A DNA stretch of 64,000 nucleotides, taken from NCBI RefSeq assembly GCF_036321535.1, contig NC_087437.1, positions 33,420,001 through 33,484,000 on the forward strand. Reading direction: 5' to 3'. The stretch is from Camelus dromedarius. Taxonomy: Eukaryota. How positions within the stretch are numbered: the stretch's first letter is position 1; each line of letters starts with the position of its first letter. Below the pieces are notes generated by a model. The model searched no databases. It saw only the letters and a program-made list of their open reading frames with translations, and was not told the DNA's origin. Below are positions 25,021-38,440 of the stretch, one piece after another. A program made the position numbers and the translations under genes.

Positions 25021-28000
25021 AAATAACTACATTTTCTCAGACTTATGATCTGGTACAATCAGCTTAGATTTTTAGTTTAGTGGTTATTAATTTGGGGTTT
25101 CTCATTTTTCAAAGTTATAACAGTTTATTTAAAATACTTCTGTGGTAGTTTGAACTTTGCCTCCCATTTCATAAGCATTTTGGTTTCTTTCACCTTTGTA
25201 CCTTCTCAGCAATGATGAAGCAACTGCCTGGATTTGTATCAGTCTCCTTCAGAATCCTCTACCTGCATCTCAGTCAGCAGGTGTGGGTTAGCATATAAGC
25301 CTGCATGGTCCTTACTGTTATTTTTTGTTTTAGGTTCTTGTGACAATTTTGCAAGAGGCAAAAAATACCTCTGTGAGGTCTTAAGTTCATGGAATTATGT
25401 TTTGGGAGATAGGATTTGATCTTGGATGGGTCAAATCATGAATGATATTTTAAAGCCATCTTCCTTATTGTCAACAGTTGGTTGGCATACATTCCTCTTC
25501 ATTAGAATTGTGCTGGTACTTGTCTAGTATGCACCTGTGCAGTGGGACCAGTTGTTACAATATTGAAATACTTCCACATCACTTGGTAATAACCACTGCT
25601 CCACAAGAACTGTCACCTCCACTCTCCCATCATCTTCTCCAGAACTGTCTCCACCACCCCCACCCCCAAAATCCAGCAACCAAAGAATTAATGCTTGGCA
25701 CAGCAAGGAAACTGGCTGTTGCATATTTTGAATATCTTCTTTTCCCTAGTTATTATGATAGTTCCTAGTTTCATGCCAGTCAGTTACACAATTCTTCCTG
25801 TAAAATATTCTTATACCTTAGAACTTTGCAAACTGACTATCAAAACTATTTCAAAATTATGATATCAAGTGAAAACTCGGTCTTTGTAGTTTTCTAGTTA
25901 AAATAGTAAAAGTAAATGCATATAGATAGTGTTTATATTCCTGAATGCTTGAGAGAAAACTTGACTCTTTTTGGAATATAGAGACCATCATTCAAGAGGG
26001 AAACTAAGATGGAATCAAACACAATGTGGCTGTGCATACCAGAGACACTCCATGCATGTTGGTAGATCATTCTGTAGGGAATGAGGCAATGAGGCTGTTC
26101 CGTGGGCATCAGCTACCATGCCACTGTGTTTCGTTATAATGGCAGCCTTCCCTAGTTACTGACTACTTTTTACTCCATCTTTGTCAACAGAGCTAGCGAC
26201 CTCCCAGGAAATTGTCCATAGCTTTCCCCCATGATGACTTCTCCTGGACCATGGTCTCAAACCCATTTAATGTCTTCCAGACCTAGACTCTTCTTGTCTT
26301 CTAGTTCCACCAGGTATAGCCCCAAGTCTTTCTGGGATCAATACTTCCTTAATGTCAATACCCTTTGTCCCTAGCTCATGTTCAGTTAAACATTTTTTAT
26401 TCTTAAGTGTAGGAGAGGCTAAACTCATTAAGTTATTTTATAGTCCAAGTGAAAATATTTCTATCCCAGTCTCCATGAGAATATCTTTCTCACTACAGTT
26501 TCATTTATGCACTATTCACACATAGCAGCTGCACGTTTTTAGCTTCTTAGATTGCCTTTTAGATTCTGGAACAAGTATCACAGCTGGCTTAAGATCTGCA
26601 GAATGGCTGTCTTTTTATGTTTTCCTGCTCTTTTGCTATGATGAGTATCATACTAGCCAGTCAAAAGCATGTTCACCTGAAACAGTTCTTTTTACAAACA
26701 AGAAATATGACTGAGTGCTGTACATCAGTTGCCAAGCTAATAAGATAATCCTCTTTTCATTTCAAAGTGTACACTCTAATCTTAAAACAGAAGTCTCCTT
26801 TTCTCTTCTCTTTGCTGCAGTCACTGGATAAAGATTCTGTTATCATAATCCTATTAAAATGTATTCACTTTTGCAGTACACCTTGATAATAGTATTTATC
26901 CTTCTAAGCACCTAGGGAGAAGAGTGATAAAAGACAAATCTATTCAAAATTTCAGGAAAAAATAGTTGCAAAGAAGAGCAGATATGTTAAAAGCTTAGAA
27001 ATGAATAGCAGCTAACATCCATAGCAGGAAAGAACAATCATTAATTCATGAATTACACTTCTGTTTTGCCTCTGATTGGGAAAGATGGTAATTTTCCAAT
27101 TGAAATGCCCTGTACTGATCACATGTGTCCACACTGGCAAATGTTGGCCAGACTGAATTTCCTGAGCACTGAAGTAGTTACCACTGATCCTCACCTGTGG
27201 CATTTCTAATACGTTACCCTTTATTGGCACTAATGGTTCTGAAGTTTCTAACACCGTCAAAAAATAAACAAATAATTAGCTTTGACAGGATTTGTGCAAA
27301 CAGAGCCATAATTAATGAGTTGATTCTGCTGAGAACATTAGCTGTACTCAGTCTTGTAGTCTGTGTAGATACTGTGCTTTCTTCTCCTCATTGTATGGGA
27401 GCAGTTAAAAATCCTGGTGACTTCTGACATTTTTGCCTTTAATGAGGGGATCTCTCGCTCTCTCTCTCTTTTAGAAAGAACCAATAGCAGTAAAGTTTGG
27501 TCTCTATTCCTGGTGTGATCATCCTGTAAAAGCTACGTGAAAGGATCCAGCTTCATTTATGTAAAAGCTACATGAAATGATTTACCATTTCCACAGGCTT
27601 TCCTCTAAAGTTTTTTGTTTCAAATCAAAGTACATTTCCAAGCATCTCGGTATGTTACCTCTAGCACTAGGCTTTTCATTTATTTTTCACACCAGAGGTG
27701 AGGCTGTCATGTATTTGTGGTATGTTTCAGGCATATCTGTAATTCAGATCACTGAGAAAATACCCACTTTTGTTCACAAAGATTCCACCTGAAGTGACAT
27801 ACAAGATAGTATAAACTTAATGTTTAATATTATTAAATGTCTTCTCAGTGTAAAATGTGTACATACTTACATATTTACAGAAGATCTATACAGTGTCCAT
27901 TTTATATTTTAAAGCCCTGGAGAATTACTTCTTTTGTAGGTAAATTGACTTATGCTTTCCACTCTTAGGCACTGACATGTGATTTGATAGACACTTACAA

Positions 28001-28554
28001 AGCTTCCTGGAAATGTGTCATATTCCATCCTGGAGGTATTTTGTGAGTAAATTAAACACAAAATGGAGTTGTAATAGCTTATGGCTTGACTTAAGGGTGT
28101 TCTAGGATCTATATTCTCTTTGACTAAAGAGCAAATATGTTTTATAGGGCAATTTAGGGCAAAAAGTCCAAACCAAACTCACCATTCTGAAATCAAACAC
28201 TTATAAAACAAGTTTTGTATTTTCCTTTCCTAAGTTTAAAATTCCTTAATGCTGGTATTTCTTGTAGAAGTCTGTGAGGGATCTCCTGAGAGCTGACGTT
28301 TAATCACTCACTTGTCTGCAGTGTTTTACATCTAAGTTGTTGGTTTGCTGGGATGGATGCAGTGCTTGTTTCTCTGTATACCAGACAAGGGCACTTTAAA
28401 TTCCTAGTAACTGCTGAAACTTAAATATGGAATAGACATGATTTTTCTGAGAAGGACTAATGCTGCATAGTTTTAGTTTCCTATTTTTGAAAAGGAAACC
28501 CTGCAATGATTTAATTTAATGCATATTAAAATTGCACACACCTACGTGGATTTC

Positions 28555-28845
28555 TATTTTTTATTATTGGAGTATAGTTGATTTACAAGAATATATTAGT
28601 TTCATGTGTGTGACATAATGATTCAATATTTTTATAGATTATACTCTGTTGAAAGTTATTACAAAATAATGGCTCTATTTCCCTGTGCTGTACAATGTAT
28701 CCTTGTAGCTTATTTATTTTATACATAGTAGTTAGTACCTCTTAATTCCCTGCCCTTTTCCTCTCCTCCCGCCTCCCCTGTCCCCATTGGTAACCACTAG
28801 TTTGTATCTGTGAGTCTGTTTATGTTTTGTTATGCTCATTTGTTT
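28555..28845 (-). mobile_element. L1 3' UTR fragment
   Basis: tattggagtatagttgatttacaa..tttccctgtgctgtacaat..ggtaaccactagtttg. Confidence 0.88.
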
Positions 28846-29379
28846 TACGTATGTATGTTTTCATTTTGAGGCCAGGTTAGTGAGGCTGAGAGAGGCTCCA
28901 TGCCGTCTCCATGCTTCTTGGCCTACAGGCCTCAGCAGGGGACTGGTTGGTAGGGAGTTGACAGTTTAGAAATGAATAAAGCAAATGTAGCCTGTGACCT
29001 CAGAGGGAGAGCAAGGCACAGAGGACCACTTGCGCTTCCTGAGGTGTGCGGTAAGTGTTCTCTCCTTGGCCTCCTGGTGATCCAGTCTCTGACCTTCTCC
29101 CACTCCATGCCTCCTTTCATTCCTTCCCTTTGTCCCGAGATTCAGAATTCAGAATTGAGTAATTCCCATTGCTCATTTCATTGGACACTGTTATCAATAT
29201 AGTCCATGCAAGTTCCCCTTCTTGTTCTGTGAAATTATTTTCTTCTTAATCCCTGATCACCGTACTCATTTTGCCTCCTCAGGACATCCACTCAAGTGTG
29301 CTTGTATCTCCTGTTTGGTCCCCATGCTTACCACCTTGATAACACCTACTAGTATACATTCTTATGTTTCTCCTTAAGT

Positions 29380-29630
29380 CTAATTTAATTCAAGAAGCCA
29401 TTCCTGATCTCCCCTCCAGAATATGCCTAGACTCCTTTGGGAAGTACTCAGTACTTCCTTTATTGAAACCAAGAGGATACTTATATAATGCTCTACTAGC
29501 CAGTACAGTCTCAAGGGTCTGGATCATGTCTGCTTTGCTCACTGTGGAATAGTTAACTTCTTGGTAACCAGCCCAATGTCTAGAATGTGGCAGATGCTCT
29601 ATTAAAATGTTGTAGTTGATTGAATGAGCA
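29380..29630 (+). mobile_element. L2 3' end
   Basis: catgtctgctttgctcactg..gcagatgctctattaaaatgttgtagttgattgaatga. Confidence 0.65.
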
Positions 29631-29964
29631 AGAGCATCAGTGAAATCAAGACATGACCACTGAATCCAAGAAGCTCTTACTGCTCCCAATGACACAGTTA
29701 GTAGTAGCATCCCCATTTCATTGGAAGCTGAAGCTCAGAAAGATGGAAGAATTTATTAAAGTTACATGCAGATGAGTCATGGAGATGGGATTCGAACATA
29801 CATCTTTGACTGTGTTTGGTGGTGTTTTAAGATTCAAAAGCCTGTTGGGACCAGTCAATGGATTTTTCTCATTGATGATTTTGCTATGATCAATAATCTC
29901 TTAACTTCTAATACGTAGCCCACATCTTCTGGAGCTGTAGGCTGAAGGGTAAGATAGTAGATTA

Positions 29965-31600
29965 ATTCATCAGGACATCTCTGTGGAGCAGGAGCTGAGA
30001 ACAGTACCACATTCTGGGCTCTGTCTTAGGAGCTGAGGACAGTAGTGGATGTAACGTGCAAACGTGCAAAATCTCTGTCACGATGGAGCTTATATTTCTC
30101 ATGGGGGACACAGAGAACAAGTAAACATACCCTTTCAGGTGCTGTTAAAGGGCTTTAGGGTGATCTTGTGGCCATAGTGGATAATTTAGATTAGTTGGTC
30201 AGGACATTTGAGTAGGCGAGAATGAGAAAAAGCCAGTCACAGAAAAACCCAGAGCAAGAACATTCCAGGGGAAGGAGGAGGAAGTGTGAAGGCCGGGGCT
30301 GGGAACCAGCCTGGTGGTTTGAGGAAGAAGCAGGAGGAGGCCCCCGACGCGGCAGCTTGGAGAACCCCGGTGCAGGAGGGGAGGAAGCGAGGTGGATGGT
30401 GTCCTAGTCCATTCGGGCTGTTGTAACAGAACACCACAGCCGGGGGCGCTTATGAACAGCAGAAATTTATTGCTCACAGTTTTGGAGGCTGGAAGGCCAA
30501 GACCAGGGTGCCCGCAGGGTCAGGCTCTGGCAAGGACCCTTTTCCGTGTTGTGGACTGCCAGCTTCTCCTTGTGCGCTTATAGGACCGAAGGGTGAGAGC
30601 TCTTTGGGCCTCTTTTACAAGACAGTAATCCCCTTCATGAGGACAAACCCTCATGACATAATTACCTCCCAAAGGCCTCACTTCCCTATATCATTACCTT
30701 GCAGGTTAGAATTTCAACGTATGAATTTTTAGGTGGACACAATTCAAATTATAGCAGATGGATAGGCAGGTGACACATCACATAGGGCCTTATAGGCCAC
30801 AGTAAGGACATTGTGACTGTGTCAGGAAGTCACTGGAAGGTTTTAAGCCAGGGAGTTACTTGATCTCACTTTTGTTTTAAAAAGACTCTTTGGCTGATTA
30901 TGGGGGCAAATAGAGAAGAAGGAGACAGATAAGTTAGGAGACCTTTGTTAGGCCCAAGATGGTATCCATGGGAATGGTAAGAAGCGATCAGATCTGAAAT
31001 GTATTTCAAAGAAGAACAAATAAGATTTGCTAGTTCACTGAACGTGAGTCTGGAGGAAGAGGGGAGGTTGGGGTGGTTGGGTGGGGGAGGTGAGAGAAAG
31101 GAAGGTTGACTTAGGGAATGATGGAGCCATTGACTGAGATGGGAGACCCTGACGAAGGGACAGATTTCAAGACAAAAGCCAGGAACTCTGTCTTGGGCAT
31201 GCTTGGTTTGTGACATCTGCTGGAAATCCAGGGGCCTTGTCAAGTAGGGATGCAACCCAGGGCCCAGAGGAGAGGTTAGTCCTTGAGATATAAATGTGAG
31301 GGCTTTCTGTGTATAGATAGTCCTAAAACCTGACCCCAGGGAGTGAGGGGAGCTTGAGAGGGAGGAGGAGAAGAAGGTGGAGAATTTAGCTCCAGGTCAC
31401 CCCTGCACTTGGAAGTCAGGATGAAGAGGAATGCCCAGCAAAAGAGACTGAGAGTGGCCAATGAGGTGGGAGGGGAATGAGAGTGAGAGAGAAAGTGAAG
31501 AAAGTGTTTGAAAAAGCTAGCAGTCATCTGTTCCCTATGCTGCCAAGAAGTTTCATAAAATGAGGACACTGGTCACTGGATTGGCAAAAACTGGGCTTAT
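29965..31600 (-). mobile_element. L2 element split by an MLT1 insertion
   Basis: ggagcttatattt..cactggaaggttttaagccaggg..atggagccattgactgagatggg; ORF 30866-31255 resembles an L2 ORF2 remnant. Confidence 0.8.
30400..30756 (-). mobile_element. MaLR solo LTR (MLT1A/B-like)
   Basis: TGtcctagtccattcgggctg..attatagCA; perfect 5-bp TSD gatgg (30395-30399 and 30757-30761). Confidence 0.92.
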
Positions 31601-32044
31601 CAAAGACTTTCCTGAGATCCACTTCTCATAGTGTAGCTGAAAAGTGAATGTGCATGCTTTTTGTTCATTGTTTGTATTTTTATAAATCAAGTTCTGCTTT
31701 ATAGGCATAAGAGAATCCTCTTACTTAGAATGACTTTCCAGAAGGGAGTCCTTTTGTGAGGTCAAATATTCTCTTTTATTGCAAATTATCACCCCCTAAT
31801 TTTTCTAGGAGTTGCTATTCATACAGCAGGCATCTTTCTTTCTTTCTTTTCTTTCTCAAGTAAAACTCTCCTTTGTTTACCTGATGTACCTAACTGCTTG
31901 ATATGCTTAAAGTCTAAATTTATTTTCTGAAACATTGCCATCTACCAGCTAAGGAACCTTCTGTCCAGTTTGTTTAAGCATGGTGCTCCTAAGTCTGATA
32001 GTAATATTAATTAGCTGAGAAGTAATATTAACAAGACTGGTAGC

Positions 32045-32270
32045 AATATTAATAATAATTTATTAAGCATTTACGATGTATCAGATGTTGTTCTAAGTGC
32101 TTTACATTTATTTACTTATTTCATCCTCATAGCAACCTATGAGCTAAGTACTGTTATTACTGCATTTTATGGATGAGGAAACTGAGACACAGAAAGAGGG
32201 TAAGCCAGTTGCCAAGGTCAGGCACCTAGTAAGTGGAGGGCTTAAGCACCCAAGGCCTCACCTTTCAAAC
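32045..32270 (-). mobile_element. MIR SINE
   Basis: ttaagcatttac..cattttatggatgaggaaactgagacacaga..ccaaggtca. Confidence 0.9.
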
Positions 32271-34112
32271 CATCAAGATAGGTTGTCTTCATTCATTCAC
32301 TCTTTCATTGGGTGCTGTTGAGGTATTGGGCACTGGTGACAGGGAAAACAGGCTTCTGCCTCCCGAGAATTTGCTGTCATCCCCAACTCCTGCTTACCAT
32401 GGCTTTCCAGAATATTGTGAACTGGGAATGTGCATGTTACCTCTGTGGTTTTTCCAAAAAATTTTCTAGAAAACAACTTGATAGGCAAGGAAGGAATGTT
32501 AAAATTGGATTGATGGAGATGACATCCATCTCTAATTCAAGTTAGTGAAATGAGAACTTGTATAATATCAGTGCCTGCCAGGAACCCTGAGCAGCTGCCA
32601 TTGTGATTGCTGTTTTATTTAGAGCTTGTACATATTGACAAATTGAGATTAAATTTCCTAGCTCCCCTTTTCTGTCAGCAGTGAGGATATGGAAGATCTG
32701 GTTAAAATTAATTACTTGATTTGCATGGATTTTGTTAATCACTCATTCCCTACATACATGAATATTTTCTCATCCTGTAGAATAAAATAAAAAATTTTAG
32801 ATGGCAGTAAGACTAGAAGAGACAAAAGCTTAAATTTATAATAGGGTTTGCTTACTTAAATGTAAAGGCAGTTTTTTTGCCTCTTCAGTGTTAATTTTGG
32901 GGGTTGAGAGGAGTGTCTTCTTCCCTACATAAAACAGGTGATGAGGAAAGAAAGCAAAAGAGAGGGTTTTTTGGTTTGTTTGTCAGAATGCTTTGTATTC
33001 TATTTGGTTACTTACATCAAGTCTTTCAAAAAAAAAAAAAAAAGACTCAGACAATGATTTACATACATGTATTAGGCTATGAAACTCTGCTGCAGTAATT
33101 TATTGGTGAATTTCACGCCCCAAGATGGAACTCAGCAGTAAATCCCCGTCATCTTGGCCTACCCTCACATGCCTCACATGCCTGCCACTTAGTCACCGAA
33201 GCAACTATCTGAAGTTGCAAAAATATCAAATGATTATGCCATGAACCCCTTGTGTTTTATTGTTTTTTTTATTTTTGTCTTCAGATTTGTAAGAAAGCCC
33301 TATAATGAAAAATGCTATGGTTTGGCAGTCTCCACCAGGTGATAGGGGGGAGTTGGGCTGGTGTGGGAAAGGGTTTGGGATCAATCGTATTGGGTGCCTC
33401 TCAGGTCCAGGACTGTGATAGACTTTAAACACAGCATCTAATTTAATCCTCCTAGTAACTCTGTGAGGTGGGTATAATAGCTCTTAATTTACCAATGACA
33501 AGCACTGAGCTCAACCAGAAGTCTTTAGACATGGGCGTTTCTGCCTGTCTCTGGTCTTACGGCAGCCTTGAGCTGAGTGGAAGCCCAATGGAATGAATCC
33601 TGCACCTGGCACTTACTGAGTAGGTTGATGGAAACTCGTTTCCATGCCTGCTGTTTCTGTTATGATTTTTCCCTTTGGTAGGGTAGAAGGGATTAGCTCC
33701 CCCACAAAGCCCTTCTCCAACTGTGGTAATTTGAATATGCAAATCCACCCTTTCTGTAGGGCTCACTTGAGGAGAGCAGGACATTTATAAGGAAATGATC
33801 ACACACTTACACAACTCAATAGAGTTAACTCTTGGTTTACTACGGAGCCTACATTAATGATACTCTCTCTCAACTAAGGAAACTGTACTTCAACTCTCAA
33901 AGAGCCAAACTTAAAAAACAGCAAATAAAATTTCTCAAAGGCCAAGAAAGCCCATAGTGCCATAGACAATTTTTAATTGTATTAACAACAACAAAAAAGA
34001 TACCAGTTGTTCTTGTTGCCCATTAAAAGCTCTGTTTCCAGCAAGAGATCATATTCTCTGTTACTCTACTGATTTCTAGAGACGGACTCAAGAGTCTGTG
34101 TTTACTATAGCT

Positions 34113-34113
<1 letters not shown>

Positions 34114-34145
<32 letters not shown>
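34114..34145. repeat. (GT)16 microsatellite
   Basis: Uninterrupted GT run. Confidence 0.95.
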
Positions 34146-34146
<1 letters not shown>

Positions 34147-34569
34147 GATTTCTAAACATGAAAGTGGGACATGTGGACTAATAAAAGATTTTGTCTAATT
34201 CGTGAATTTATTTACATGTGAACATCTTATGAAGACATTCATCACATCCACTTGATTATTTAAAATCAAAAATAAGCAAAGAAACAAAAATTCCACCTTT
34301 TCTGAGAAGGATGAAATCAGAGATTGGTATAACAAAGGTCTCTAATACATATAAACATCAATAACATAGTTTGTGTAGGAAACATCAGTCCTATCCTTTG
34401 CAACAACATTTGAGAGGGTGTTACTGTATTTCATAGTCACCCATATACATGTTGATAGAAATGTAGGACTTTAGCAGTCAGATGTGTTTTTTCTCTCTGC
34501 CTTCTACTTCATGCTTTGGCACTATCAGACTATTGATAGCCTTCCCAACAGAAGATTGGAGGGATGAAA

Positions 34570-34730
34570 AATACAGGCTGTGATCTTGTTCCTGGCTTGA
34601 CTTGAGCTTTGCCGCTTATTAGCTGTAGGATCTTGGGCAGGTGAATCTCCCTAAGGCTCAAATTTCTCATCAGTAAAATGCAGCTAAATCTGTTGTGAAG
34701 ATTAAGTGAAAGAGAAGCTCTGAAGTGTGT
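34570..34730 (+). mobile_element. MIR fragment
   Basis: ttattagctgtaggatcttgggcagg..tttctcatcagtaaaatg. Confidence 0.75.
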
Positions 34731-34799
34731 CTGGTATCATCCTTGTCATCACATTATACCATTTGCATTTGTTTCCTCTGCATCTTCTCCCACTTAATT

Positions 34800-35020
34800 T
34801 TTTTTAATTCTTATTTTTTATTAAAGTGTAGTTGATTTATAATGTTGGTTTCAGGTCTACAGCAAAGTGATTCAGTTGTGTACACACACACACACACACA
34901 ATTTTTTTCAGATTCTTTTCCATTACATCTCATTACAAGAAATCGAATATAATTCCCTGTGCTCTACAGTAGGTCAGTGTCATTTATCTGTTTTCTATAT
35001 AGTAATGTGTATCTGTTGGT
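34800..35020 (-). mobile_element. L1 3' UTR fragment with an internal (CA)n run
   Basis: aagtgtagttgatttataatg..cagcaaagtgattcagtt..ttccctgtgctctacagtagg. Confidence 0.85.
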
Positions 35021-35049
35021 CTTTTTTGTAGTGAACTCCTTTTCATTTT

Positions 35050-35320
35050 TTGAAAGCCTGTCTGGAATATCACTTCCCCTAGAAAGCCTTTTCTCACCTC
35101 CAGCCCAGATACAATGATTTGTTCCTCTTCAGTGCTCCTTCCTCCTCTTGTGCTTGATCCTGCTGTAACATTAGATGCCCTACCTTGATGGTTCTGAGCC
35201 AATCTCCTCTCCTTGTCTAGACTGTGACTATTATGAGGAGTTGTCCTTCCTTATTTGCAGTTGTGTCCCCAGCACACTACCTGGCAGACAGTGGGTGCTC
35301 CGTGGATGATTACCCAATTG
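35050..35320 (+). mobile_element. L2 3' end
   Basis: atcacttcccctagaaagccttttct..ctagactgtga..tccccagcacactacctggcagacagtgggtgctc. Confidence 0.7.
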
Positions 35321-37696
35321 AATTTCTAAAAGATAAAGGTGGTGCTGCATCTGGTGTTAAGACACCCAGGACTGTGAATCTGAGAATTGAGGGTGTTTAA
35401 CAATAAATATTCTTCTCTTTACCTGCTGCATCAAGCTGAGATCTGTTTACAGACTGAAAAAAACACATCCAGTCTGGAATTGTGGTTAAAGGAATTTTAT
35501 TGTGACATTAGTACACAATGGCACTGAAAAGTAAAGGACTTACATAAGAAAATGACTACATCCTTTATGACAATAGAAGAGGCTTACAGCAAACTTTGTG
35601 GATGTGGTTTTTCAAGTTATACTTTCAAATGTTTGCCCTGGGCCTCACTGCTCTTGCTGCAGACCTCCAGGCTGCTGACGCTCCTGTCCTGTGGCTTAGC
35701 CCTCACTGGGGGCTTATATGTTACTGCCACACAGCTTTGATTTACATTTATGATTTTCATATTCTACCAAGCTCTAGGACAAGCCTTTATGAATACTGGG
35801 AGTGTCCTCTAATCACTTACCAGCAGATGGATGGAGTACTTTTCATCGTAGGGCATGTTTAAGTATTAAAATGATGCTCTAACTTGGAATGACATAAAAC
35901 TATCCAATAAAACTCTTTGTCTTAATTGAATTATATAGAGTATATTTCTATTTGAGCCAGCTTTGTCTTCTGATTCTATGATTTTAAATGGAAAACAATG
36001 AAAAAATAACTAAAAGTGATAAATTGACCAGAATCCCTCAAACTGATCTGGGGCTGTGTTCTGGAGGTTACAATGCATGTTCTATGAGACTCTTTAAAAT
36101 TATCACCTTTTTTTTTTTCAACTATAGTCTGAAAATTGATCTAAGCATCTTCTGGGCCATCCTGTAACTGAACACTGGGCTTGTGTTCCTGCTTGTGTTG
36201 ATGCCAGAATTATCCCAACTTCCTAGTCTGGGCTAAGGAGGAAGACCAGAAACTGGCCAAAAGGCAGCCCCCACACACAGTGGAATGGGTCTGCCCAGCC
36301 CAGAGAACCTGCCCATTAGCAGTCAGCACCACATGCACGTTCCCAGCGGTGACTCGGTTTTGGCAAAAGCACATAAATTTGTCACATTAAAGGAAGGCTA
36401 TTAATTGGATTTTATTGGTCTTGTAGTTTTATTTGCATTTAATTTGAAAAATTTGCTCTGGTTTGATAGTTGCTTAAAAGAACAATAAAAGAGGTTTAGT
36501 TTTACATTTATACATATTTAAATAACACTATAATTTTTTAATGTAATGCAGTATTAGGTCTTGAGTTTTGCTTTTTTCTTCTAATTCTTTGAAAGCAAAC
36601 CATATAATTAGTCCATTTGGAGAAATGCTAGAATGGCTCCTACTTATGATACTGATTGTATTTGGGGGGAGAGTGGGTGAGGGACCTCAGAGTCCCATGT
36701 TGTACAGCCTACTGCATACCTTAGTTGCTTACTGAACTCTTAATGACCCGACAAGAGCCCTGGGTTCTTGCTCTCATTCTGCCACCTGCTTGTTGGGCAA
36801 ATGTGAGCCAGTTGCAGACTCAGTTTCCTTCCCTAACCAACTTGGTGCTTGCATTTAAGGATCTCTTTAGCGCCTTCCATCTCTAAAATTAGAGCCTACA
36901 AACCCTGCAGATTTCTGCCATTTGTTTACTCTTTGCATCACATCACCCAACCTGACCCATAAAATTGGATTTTTCTTCATCTTCTTAGACATCACTGACA
37001 ACACTGCCATGCTGGAGTTCATTCAATCAATTTTCTTGAAACATGAACTCACCTTTCTTATTGGAAGTTGTAAAGTCTTTTTTTTCCCCTTGAAAGAAAA
37101 GAAATATAAAAGGAAAGCACTTAACCCAGACCTTTGGGCTTATAGAAATAATATATCCCCTTTGAAAGGACTTTAATATCTCTGACAGAGGCTGCCAGAC
37201 AGAATGCTGAGGAATGGTAACTGCCCCCTCCCTCCTGCTGATCCTGGGCCCATCAGTTCTCTTAATTGGTGTGAAATCTCTCCAGCACTATGATCTACCT
37301 GGGACCTGATCCACAGCCTTGCACATACCTGTGCTGGGACCCTGAGGGAGCTGGAACAACTCAACTATGGGCAGCACAGTCAGGGTGCTTTGGAACAGAC
37401 CTTGTGCTTAATGAATGGGGGAGCTTGTTTGAACAGTCTTAATATGGTCTCAATATTAGCTTCCTTAGTCTCCGGGGGTAGAACCTGCAGAGCTGGAGGG
37501 AAAATAAGAAAAAGAGGAACGCTTTCCTGATGGAGCAGAGTGGGACCACCTCCGAGGTGATCAGCTGGCCCCAACTAGAGGCCTAAGTCAACCCTCAGAA
37601 GTTCCTGAAGAAATGGCCCATTTAAGAAAATTCCTGTCTACTGTGTGATTAATTTAGGCTACTGTGTGGCAGATTGGAAAAGGGGAATGTAATCTT

Positions 37697-38440
37697 TTTT
37701 TAAACATTTTCTATTGAGTTATAATCATTTTACAATGTTGTGTCAAATTCCAGTGTAGAGCACGATTTTTCAGTTATACATGAACATACATATATTCATT
37801 GTCACATGTTTTTTTCGCTGTGAGCTACCACAAGATCTTGTATATATTTCCCTGTGCTATACAGTATAATCTTGTTTACCTATTCTGCATATGCCTCAGT
37901 ATCTACAAATTTTGAAATCCCAGTCTGTCCCTTCCCACCCCCCGCCCCCTTCCTTTGGCAACCACAAGTTTGTATTCTATGTCTATGAGTCTGTTTGTTT
38001 TGTATTTATGTTCTTTTTTTTTTTTTTTTTTTAGATTCCACATATAAGCGATCTCATATGGTATTTTTCTTTCTCTTTCTGGCTTACTTCACTTAGAATG
38101 ACATTCTCCTGGGACATCCATGTTGCTGCAAATGGCTTTATGTTGTCATTTTTGTGGCTGAATAGTATTCCATTGTATAAATATACCACATCTTCTTTAT
38201 CCACTCATCTGTTGAAGGACATTTAGGCTGTTTCCATGTCTTTGCTATTGTAAATAGTGCTGCTGTGAACATTGAGGTGAAGGTGTCTTTTTGAAGTAGG
38301 GTTCCTTCTGGATATATGCCCAGGAGCAGGATTTCTGGGTCATATGGTAAGTCTATTCCTAGTCTTTTGAGGAATCTCCATACTGTTTTCCACCAGTGGC
38401 TACACCAAACTGCATTCCCACCAGCAGTGTAGGAGGGTTC
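37697..38440 (-). mobile_element. Young 5'-truncated L1 with 17-bp TSD
   Basis: Homologous to the 20878 copy; TSD aaggggaatg[t/c]aatctt at 37680-37696 and 38441-38457; TT/AAGA endonuclease-like site on the minus strand. Confidence 0.95.

Noticed and set aside
26790..26870. Strong + strand acceptor ttttctcttctctttgctgcag
   Set aside because: No convincing donor or recognisable reading frame downstream.
36322..36340. tcagcaccac, a REST/RE1 left half-site
   Set aside because: The right half (ggacag) is absent.
36330..36640. Possible hAT-Charlie DNA transposon remnant
   Set aside because: AT-rich, and I could not identify terminal inverted repeats or a TSD.
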